Part shown: piece by piece, positions 57,330 to 64,000 of the stretch
Layout: every line of letters begins with the position of its first letter
How positions within the stretch are numbered: position 1 is the first letter of the stretch
Virus record (IMG/VR): IMGVR_UViG_3300028380_000008
Reading direction: 5' to 3' (one strand)
DNA from: an uncultured virus (IMG/VR IMGVR_UViG_3300028380_000008)
Lineage: Duplodnaviria; Heunggongvirae; Uroviricota; Caudoviricetes
DNA length: 64,000 bases
The notes under the pieces: model-generated
Told to the model about the DNA's origin: nothing
Database searches by the model: none
What the model saw: the letters and a program-made list of their open reading frames with translations, nothing else
Position numbers and translations under genes: made by a program

Positions 57330-57539
57330 GTGGGTAACCTCGCCGGCGACCTCGCGTTCGACCTCGGAGGTTCGACGGGGGACAGCTACAAGGCGAAGCT
57401 GATGCGCCGCATGCTGCCGCCTCCGTACAACAGGGACTACAGCTCGGTCATCGGCGCCCTGATAACGGTGATCGGGCAGAGCGACAACCTGATCGGCGGT
57501 CTCTTCGGGACCGCCGACTTCCTGCCGGACGAGGTGTGA
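57330..57539 (+). CDS. Small baseplate-wedge-like protein
   Basis: GGAGG RBS; MLPPPY...VIGALITVIGQSD. Confidence 0.55.
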   Translation: MGNLAGDLAFDLGGSTGDSYKAKLMRRMLPPPYNRDYSSVIGALITVIGQSDNLIGGLFGTADFLPDEV

Positions 57540-57561
57540 CGTGGGGTCAACCGAAGCGGCC

Positions 57562-58563
57562 ATGAGCGTGATCCAGCAGGTCCGGCGGACCATGCTGGTC
57601 AGCACCGCCGGAGGCGTCTACCTGGACGCGGTCGGCAACAACCGCGGCGTACCTCGTCCGGAGAACACGAGCGACGACGAGCTGTACCGCCGCCTGGTCA
57701 AGGTGCTCGCGTGGCTCCCCAAGTCGATCCTGCTCTCCTACTACGCGCTGCTCGCGGCGGTGTTCGGGTCGCAGGCGCAGGTCGCGTCTCAGATCGGCAG
57801 GCCGTGGAGGGTGTACGAGGTCGCCGCCAACGAGGTCATCATCGAGTTGCCGGCGGCGCTCATAGCCGGGACGATCGAGACCGCGTCCTACGTGCACGGC
57901 GCCAGCGGGTACGCGCGCGTGCCGTCTGGTTCGTCGAACGTGTTCACGACCGACTTCGACCTGAGCGCGTCCTCCGCGGTCTCGGTGGTTGGCCTGGCCG
58001 TCTACGTCGAGACGGCGCCGGGTACCTGGACGAGCTACGTCGTGGTGAACTACTCGTTCGCCGCGGGCGCGGCGACGGTCCAGGTGAACGCCTCGACGCT
58101 GCCGACGGGTGGCGGGCGGTTCTACCTGGAGGTCCCGGGAGACGAGGTCGCCAGCTACCGCGGAGACTACGTCGCGACGAGCGGGGTCGGGTCGCTGTAC
58201 TCGACCGCGGCCGGCCCGGCGACGAACACGCTCTCGGTGGTCGGCGACGTCACCGGCTCGACGCGGCCGGGGATGTCGGTCCAGATAAGCGTCAACGGGG
58301 TGTTCCAGGCGCGCGTCGTCGGCGGTTTGTCGTACAGCAGCGCCACCAACGTCAGCACGGTGACGGTCACGACGACCGACGTGCCCGGCGGTCAAGTCAA
58401 CCAGGCGTTCGTCGTGCCGCAGGAGATAGCCGACACCGCGACGACTCCGCCGCACAGCGACCGCATATACTTGACCGGGACAGGTCTCTACCAGATCGTC
58501 CAGTTCTACCTGGACCTGCTGGTGCGCGCCGCCGGGGTAACCGTCCGCCTCATGATCGTCTAG
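57562..58563 (+). CDS. Baseplate wedge (P2 gpI-like) protein
   Basis: TAGGVYLDAVGNNRGVPR...SDDELYRR; VRAAGV. Confidence 0.7.
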   Translation: MSVIQQVRRTMLVSTAGGVYLDAVGNNRGVPRPENTSDDELYRRLVKVLAWLPKSILLSYYALLAAVFGSQAQVASQIGRPWRVYEVAANEVIIELPAALIAGTIETASYVHGASGYARVPSGSSNVFTTDFDLSASSAVSVVGLAVYVETAPGTWTSYVVVNYSFAAGAATVQVNASTLPTGGGRFYLEVPGDEVASYRGDYVATSGVGSLYSTAAGPATNTLSVVGDVTGSTRPGMSVQISVNGVFQARVVGGLSYSSATNVSTVTVTTTDVPGGQVNQAFVVPQEIADTATTPPHSDRIYLTGTGLYQIVQFYLDLLVRAAGVTVRLMIV

Positions 58564-58572
58564 GAGGTAAGC

Positions 58573-60660
58573 ATGTCGACTGGAGACGTCATCAACCCGA
58601 AGCGCGTGCGCATGCAGGCCAACGAGCGGTTGGACCAGGTCGACGTCGACGCGCTGTCCATCGCCCCGAGGGAGCACCTCGACGCGTACGCCCGCGCCGT
58701 CGAGGCGGCGCCCCGCAACGTCGGGGCGACGACCCCGACCGGGCTCATCTATCAAGGGTTCGGGATGACGCTCAACCCGACCGCGCCGACCGACGGCAAG
58801 ATCCGCGTCCAGTCCGCGCTCGGGGTCGCGTTCGACTCCAACGGGCGGCTCCTCGTGAAGGAGGCCGGTACCCAGGTCGACCTGACGCTGTCGGTCGGGA
58901 ACTCTCAGATCTACGCGTACTACATCGAGAACAGCGACGACACCACCGTCCGCCGCAGCATCCCGGTGTCGTCTCCTTACCTGGAAGGTCCGTCGTCCAT
59001 CGCGACCAAGCTGAAGGGCGGCGTCGCCTTCTTCGTGCGCGCCGGAGACCAGACGTCGATCGTGGCCAGCGACGTGATCAACGGGGCGACGACGGCCCTC
59101 TGCTTCCTCGGCGTCGCCAACAACTCGGGCGGCACGGTGACGATGACCGGGTACAACGGGACCACCGCCCCGAACGGCGTGTTCGCGACCAACAGGGTCA
59201 CTTCGGTCGCGCTCCCGTCCACGCTGCCGACCGTGAACACGATGAACGGCCCGGTTGGCACGATGCAGGACCTCGCCAACGTCGCGCTCTACATGATCGG
59301 GCAGGCGATGTGGAGAGGCTCGAGGAACCTCACGCCGAGCGCGTCGAACAACTTCGGGGCGTTCTCCCTGCCGACGGCGGGGCTCGACGGGATGTTCAAC
59401 GCACAGACGGAAGCTACCGTGACTCCGGTGACGAGGTGGCGCGACTGGCAGGGATTCACCCGCTCCGTCGTCGACCACAGCGGCTACCGGATGGGGCAGG
59501 TCACGGAATACGATCAGAACTGGGCGTCCGGAGGGGCGAAGGTGGTCTCGTGCTCGATGATGTCGGCGGGCACGGCCATATCGAGCACTGGCACGAACGG
59601 CCCGCAGGTCGCGTCCGGCGCCAACGGGGGCGGGGTCCTGCTGAGCGGCACGGGGGTATCCGCGTGGGGCATCTCGCTGCACGGCCTCAACCCGGGGATG
59701 ACGGTGACGCAGTTCCAAGCCGCGTACATCAGCGTCAGCGCCAGCAATCAGTTCTCGTTCCGGGTCTACACGGAAGACGCAGGGGACGCGTTCACCGCGT
59801 CGGGGATTAGGATCGCCGAGGTGGTCAACCCAGGAACCCCGGCTCCGGGTGTGAAGACGCTCGCGGTGATCACCGGAGGCTCCGGAGCCTCCGGGTCGAT
59901 GCTGCCGTGGACTGTCCCGCCGCAGGGGTCGCTGTCCGCGCACTGCGCCGTGTCGGCAGCTCCGGCTACGATCCTCTGGACGAACGTCGTCGCGACGGTG
60001 ATCGCCGACCCGGAGGGTTGGCGCTGGACGTCGATCAACGCGAACACGAACGCCGGGTTCGGACGGCGCACGTACTCGAACCCGAGCGCGAGCATCAACC
60101 AGCGGTCGGTGACGCTGTCCGGGCAGGGCGGCAACTCGTCGTCGGGTAGCGCAACGCTCACCGCCGAAGCGTACGAGTGCTTCCTCAACGCGGACGTCGC
60201 GTACGTCCAAGAGTGGATGCTCGCCACGGGAACGATATCCGACGCGACGAACAACCGCCTGTTCGCGATCGGCATACAGAACAACAACGGTGGGTCAGAG
60301 AACAGGTTCGTCTACTTCTACAACCAGAACACGACAGCGAATTGGCAACTCCGCGTCGTCGGTTCTTCTACAACGGACACGGACACGGGTGTCGCGATCG
60401 CGGCGAACACGACGTACCGTATGCGACTCGAGATCCTCGGCGCGAACGTGTCCACCGCGGGGTCCACCAACTTCAGGGTCCGAGCGTTCATCAACGGCAA
60501 CAAGGTGGTCGACATCGTCGTGTCGACGCTGCCCGTGGCTGACATGATCCGTCCCTACATGCTCGTCGGGACCACCAGCGCTTCCGGGGGCCCCTACAGC
60601 TACAGCGTCGGGCGTCTGCGCCGCGCCTGGAACCACCTGCTCAACGGTGACAACCTGTAG
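58573..60660 (+). CDS. Tail fibre protein
   Basis: AGGAGG RBS; NERLDQVD N-terminus; DTGVAIAANTTYRMRLE lectin-like C-terminus. Confidence 0.7.
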   Translation: MSTGDVINPKRVRMQANERLDQVDVDALSIAPREHLDAYARAVEAAPRNVGATTPTGLIYQGFGMTLNPTAPTDGKIRVQSALGVAFDSNGRLLVKEAGTQVDLTLSVGNSQIYAYYIENSDDTTVRRSIPVSSPYLEGPSSIATKLKGGVAFFVRAGDQTSIVASDVINGATTALCFLGVANNSGGTVTMTGYNGTTAPNGVFATNRVTSVALPSTLPTVNTMNGPVGTMQDLANVALYMIGQAMWRGSRNLTPSASNNFGAFSLPTAGLDGMFNAQTEATVTPVTRWRDWQGFTRSVVDHSGYRMGQVTEYDQNWASGGAKVVSCSMMSAGTAISSTGTNGPQVASGANGGGVLLSGTGVSAWGISLHGLNPGMTVTQFQAAYISVSASNQFSFRVYTEDAGDAFTASGIRIAEVVNPGTPAPGVKTLAVITGGSGASGSMLPWTVPPQGSLSAHCAVSAAPATILWTNVVATVIADPEGWRWTSINANTNAGFGRRTYSNPSASINQRSVTLSGQGGNSSSGSATLTAEAYECFLNADVAYVQEWMLATGTISDATNNRLFAIGIQNNNGGSENRFVYFYNQNTTANWQLRVVGSSTTDTDTGVAIAANTTYRMRLEILGANVSTAGSTNFRVRAFINGNKVVDIVVSTLPVADMIRPYMLVGTTSASGGPYSYSVGRLRRAWNHLLNGDNL

Positions 60661-60692
60661 GTCGTGGTAGATCTTAAGCAGGAGGTGCACAC

Positions 60693-61040
60693 ATGTACGT
60701 TGTACGCGGCACGCCAGTGAACATCAATGGTCGAACCGGGGGATCACCGGGTCCCGCGACGACGACCGCGGTGCGCGTTCCGATGCCGGTCCCGGCCGGT
60801 CGCGCGAAGCTATCCAACCCAGCGGGGCCCCAGCTGATCGCGCCGTCGACGACGTTCGCCCGCTATATCCGAATCCGTAACCTCGACGCGACGAACAACC
60901 TCCTCGTGAACTTCCTCGACGGGTCGCAGATCACCGTCTTGAAGTCATCCGAGGAGGAGTTCAGCGGGACGATCTCGTGGATCGTGGTCCAGGCGTCGGC
61001 TGCCACGGTGCAGTGGGAAGCGCACGCGATCGTCGCGTAA
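60693..61040 (+). CDS. Small structural protein
   Basis: AGGAGG RBS. Confidence 0.6.
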   Translation: MYVVRGTPVNINGRTGGSPGPATTTAVRVPMPVPAGRAKLSNPAGPQLIAPSTTFARYIRIRNLDATNNLLVNFLDGSQITVLKSSEEEFSGTISWIVVQASAATVQWEAHAIVA

Positions 61041-61189
61041 TTTCCCGCACTGATTTCGTGTGCAGCGTAATGTAGCACGGCTCGGCGCCGACTCCGCTGG
61101 TGAAACTGGAGGTTAAGCGGTACTGATCATGAAGGTGGTCCACGCAGTATGTGACCACCAGGGTGCTCACATTCAGCCGAGGGAGTCAG

Positions 61190-61669
61190 ATGCCCAAGCG
61201 ACCAACGAGGCCGTCGATGGTGGTTCCGACTCTCAACGACGGGACCGATCCCGGCAGCCGCGCCTGCGTCCCCGGCCGCACAGCCCTCGCCAGGATAGAG
61301 CAGCTGTCGCAGCGGCTGGAGGAACATGCAGAAGAAGACGACGAGAAGCTGATCGCTGTCCGTGACGAGATCCACGAAGTGCGCGGTGACGTCAGGGAGA
61401 TCAACGTCAAGCTCGGAGATATGCGCGTCGACATGGCTAAGACTCTTGCAACCGTTAACAACATGAGTTCGGCGATGACCGAGCAGCAAGAGATCAAGCG
61501 CGTCAGGATGATCTCTGCCATCGAGACAAACAAGGCTGAGAAGATCGCGGAGATCGACGACGAGCGAGACCGTAAGAAGGCGAAGCGGGCCCTCTGGCTG
61601 AAGATCGGCTTGGTGCTGCTCGGTCTGGTCAGCACCGGCGCCGGCATGCTCATCGAGCACTATCGCTGA
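61190..61669 (+). CDS. Coiled-coil protein with C-terminal TM helix (XhlA/holin-like architecture)
   Basis: GGGAG RBS; LWLKIGLVLLGLVSTGAGMLI. Confidence 0.6.
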   Translation: MPKRPTRPSMVVPTLNDGTDPGSRACVPGRTALARIEQLSQRLEEHAEEDDEKLIAVRDEIHEVRGDVREINVKLGDMRVDMAKTLATVNNMSSAMTEQQEIKRVRMISAIETNKAEKIAEIDDERDRKKAKRALWLKIGLVLLGLVSTGAGMLIEHYR

Positions 61670-61686
61670 CGTGGTACCATCCGCCC

Positions 61687-61821
61687 ATGAGCGGTGAAGT
61701 GCTGTGCTCCTCGGTGCTCGACGCCGCGATCGCGGTCGCGGACGTGTCGAGTTTCGGTGACCTGACCGCGACGGTCGTCGCGGCGGACCCCGCGATGGTC
61801 GCCGACGTGGAGGGCGCGTGA
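61687..61821 (+). CDS. Small acidic peptide (44 aa, not in ORF track)
   Basis: TGgTACCAT -10 six nt before ATG; GTGA overlap with next gene. Confidence 0.5.
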   Translation: MSGEVLCSSVLDAAIAVADVSSFGDLTATVVAADPAMVADVEGA

Positions 61822-62234
61822 GCTGCTCCCACCCGCAGGCGCCTGCGGTGGCGCTCCACGTCACGCGTGGCGCGAGCAAGGTGTTCCTGTTCACCGTGCG
61901 GCTCGCCGCGGGCAACCTGATCGACCTGACCTCGGCCAAGGTGTGGTTCACGGTCAAGAACCGCGTCGAGGACGTGGTCGTCCTGATCGCGAAGAAGAAC
62001 ACCGCGGCCGGTGGCGTCGACAACCAGATCCTCGTCACCACTCCGCAGACCGGCGCCGCGCTGGGGCAGTTCCGGGTGTTCATCGATCCCGCGGACACCG
62101 CGCTGCTCGATCCGCGCGAGACGTACTGGTGCGACGCGTGGGTGCAGCTGCCCGGCGGCCCTCCGATCAACCGTCAGCAGGTGATGACCAACCGGCAACT
62201 CATCATCGAACCGACCGTGACAACGTCGTTCTAG
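61818..62234 (+). CDS. BppU-N-like structural protein
   Basis: RGASKVFLF...IDLTSAKVWFTVK...PADT...YWCDAWV. Confidence 0.65.
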   Translation: MSCSHPQAPAVALHVTRGASKVFLFTVRLAAGNLIDLTSAKVWFTVKNRVEDVVVLIAKKNTAAGGVDNQILVTTPQTGAALGQFRVFIDPADTALLDPRETYWCDAWVQLPGGPPINRQQVMTNRQLIIEPTVTTSF

Positions 62235-62242
62235 GAGGCACC

Positions 62243-62695
62243 GTGACGATATCGGGGACCGCTCAGCTCATCGGCCGCTTCAGGTACATGTCGCTCGTCC
62301 CGAGCACCGACACGTCGTCGAACCCGACGTGGCTATCCGACGTGCTGGAGACCATGGCGTGCTCCGGCCGCAAGGAGGAGGAGTACACGCTCGTCGCCGA
62401 CGGCGACACCGCGGTCAGCTTCGGGTCGATCGCCACCGCCGGCGCCTCGCTCGTCGTCGTCAAGGTCATGCCGTTCGTCGGCGTCCCGCCGTCGCCGGGG
62501 TTCCCGAACGGTGTGCCGGCGGCGCCGAACCCCGTCGTCGTCAAGCTGACGAGCGGAGCGGGGTCCGCGACGATCCCGGTCGATCCGTTCGCCGTCTTGT
62601 TCGCTGTCGGCGTGCCCTACACGGCGATGACCGTCGCGAGGGCGGCAGGCGTGCAGACGACGGTCAGGATCCAGCTTTTCTCCGCCGGATCGTGA
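62243..62695 (+). CDS. Putative virion beta-sandwich protein
   Basis: AGGAGG RBS; resembles 17693-18124. Confidence 0.65.
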   Translation: MTISGTAQLIGRFRYMSLVPSTDTSSNPTWLSDVLETMACSGRKEEEYTLVADGDTAVSFGSIATAGASLVVVKVMPFVGVPPSPGFPNGVPAAPNPVVVKLTSGAGSATIPVDPFAVLFAVGVPYTAMTVARAAGVQTTVRIQLFSAGS

Positions 62696-62739
62696 ACGTC
62701 GACGTTCACGTTGACGATGTCAACTCGAAATTGTAGTCT
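62691..62739 (+). promoter_or_regulatory. 20-bp palindrome, perfect operator GTTGAC-gat-GTCAAC and leaderless promoter
   Basis: CGTGAACGTCGACGTTCACG; TTGACG-17-TAGTCT-6-ATG 62746. Confidence 0.75.
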
Positions 62740-62745
62740 TCTCTC

Positions 62746-62970
62746 ATGGATTCCAACAGGGTCGCGAGGCGAGCCCGAAATCGTGCCAAACGTTCCAGGC
62801 AGCGTGCCGCAGCGGCTGAGACTCGCCTCATGGCCGCTCGTGTCCGTATCGGTCCGGATCCCTCAACTCGTGTCGTCGACGAGTCGTCGTTGACGCGGCG
62901 CCCTTTCGAGAAGATGGTGGCTGACTACCGGGAGACACCTGTGTCGTGGCGTGACGTGTGGGGCGAGTAG
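62746..62970 (+). CDS. Small basic hypothetical protein
   Basis: ATG directly after promoter. Confidence 0.6.
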   Translation: MDSNRVARRARNRAKRSRQRAAAAETRLMAARVRIGPDPSTRVVDESSLTRRPFEKMVADYRETPVSWRDVWGE

Positions 62971-64000
62971 TCGGTGAGCGGCGCGCCACGGTCACGCGAC
63001 TGAGCAACGTGCGTTGCCGCGTATCGTTCAGCTACCCGGACCTAGTCGACGCTGACGCTGGCAAAGCGCGCAAGAAGATCCTCGGGTTGCTGGACGACGC
63101 GCTCGCCATCGAGCAGAAGGGCGCGCACTTCAACCCGACCGTGCAGAGCGGGCTGTGGGACGGGCGCAGGCACGTCTTCCACAAGAACGACGACGACGGG
63201 ACCTTCCCGGCCGGGGTCGCCAGGCGCGTGAAGGCGCTGCTGCGCGAAGCTGGGTACCGGGTGATGAGGACGCGGGACGACCGCGCGAGGACGCACGGGC
63301 CGATCCCGACGGAGATATCCGACGACATGCTCGCCGGAGTCACCCTGCGCCCGGACCAGCTCAGGGTCATCGCGGCGGCCCTCGAGAACGGTTGCGGGCT
63401 CCTCCACGTGGCGACCGGAGGCGGGAAGACGGAGATCGCGGCGGCGATCATCAAGACCCTCAACCAGGCGGCCTCGCGGCGGTGCCTGTTCCTGGTCCAC
63501 ACGAAGCAGCTGCTCGGCCAGGCTCGCGAGCGCATCGCGCTCCGCCTCGGCACGATCGAGGAGCACATCGGCGTGATCGGCGACGGGAGATTCGACCCGA
63601 AGCACATCACGATCGCCACCGTGCAGAGCTTGACCCGGGTGCGGAACGACACGCAGAAGAAGGTGATCGCGAAGTACCTCAAGACGATCGACCTGCTCAT
63701 CCTCGACGAGACGCACCACGCGTCGGCGAAGACGTTCTACCGGCTGGTGTCGCGCATCGACGCGCCGTGGCGGTTCGGCATGTCGGGGACGCCGTTCGGC
63801 CTCGCGGACGGCAAGGGGCTTCTGGTGGAGGCGGCGTTCGGCCCGGTGGTCGAGCGCGTGACGAACGCCGAGCTCATCGAGCTCGGCGTGAACGCGAAGC
63901 CCACCATCCGCATGCTCGAGGTCTCCGGTCCGAAGCTCGATGCGAACCTCGACTGGCAGGGTGTGTACAAGGAGGGCATCGTGCTCAACGACGAGCGGAA
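62958..64000 (+). CDS. UvsW-like SF2 DExH helicase, truncated by window end; start uncertain
   Basis: SGLWDGR, LRPDQ, VATGGGKT, LDETHH, GMSGTP; absent from track because no stop lies in the window. Confidence 0.9.
   Translation, partial: MGRVVGERRATVTRLSNVRCRVSFSYPDLVDADAGKARKKILGLLDDALAIEQKGAHFNPTVQSGLWDGRRHVFHKNDDDGTFPAGVARRVKALLREAGYRVMRTRDDRARTHGPIPTEISDDMLAGVTLRPDQLRVIAAALENGCGLLHVATGGGKTEIAAAIIKTLNQAASRRCLFLVHTKQLLGQARERIALRLGTIEEHIGVIGDGRFDPKHITIATVQSLTRVRNDTQKKVIAKYLKTIDLLILDETHHASAKTFYRLVSRIDAPWRFGMSGTPFGLADGKGLLVEAAFGPVVERVTNAELIELGVNAKPTIRMLEVSGPKLDANLDWQGVYKEGIVLNDER

Noticed and set aside
10206..60210. Very long antisense or alternate-frame ORFs (e.g. 10206-12230, 18167-20599, 43868-46144, 55227-57605, 57547-60210)
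   Set aside because: Shadow ORFs expected in high-GC DNA opposite well-supported genes
61081..61190. Hammerhead/HDV ribozyme or c-di-GMP riboswitch
   Set aside because: Core consensus not matched (CTGATCA rather than CTGANGA; no P4/J4-2)
1..64000. tRNA, rRNA, integrase or alternative genetic code
   Set aside because: None recognised; conserved genes read intact in the standard code with TGA, TAG and TAA stops

Overview
The whole window is a very GC-rich tailed-phage (myovirus) genome segment. No host housekeeping operons, rRNA, tRNA, CRISPR array or integrase are visible. Layout: (i) ~0.5-10 kb: many short accessory genes behind repeated sigma70-type, mostly leaderless promoters, with thyX and a holin-like/M23-endolysin pair. 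(ii) ~10.4-17.2 kb: candidate counter-defence and nucleotide genes (Acb2/Tad1-like hairpin, RyR-domain protein, NDT-like/NTP-PPase-like fusion, dcd) and a PAPS-reductase-like + ParB-like pair. (iii) ~17.2-32.6 kb: expanded head module with SPO1/Twort-like portal, MuF-like protein, a PI3/4K-fold kinase, prohead protease, scaffold and major capsid protein. (iv) ~33-62.7 kb: neck, contractile tail, baseplate and fibres. (v) A UvsW-like helicase running off the right end. Most notable: an orphan lanthipeptide/RiPP-precursor-like gene missed by the ORF track (4877-5041, minus); a six-copy palindromic operator at -35 boxes; a glycosidase cassette bounded by exact 86-bp repeats and fused to the head-tail adaptor; a kinase and K-[A/S]-motif cargo candidates in the head module; and a probable +1 frameshift in the tail chaperone. 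Family calls come from recognising motifs by eye, not from database searches. The host is unknown; a high-GC diderm such as Myxococcota is only a guess.
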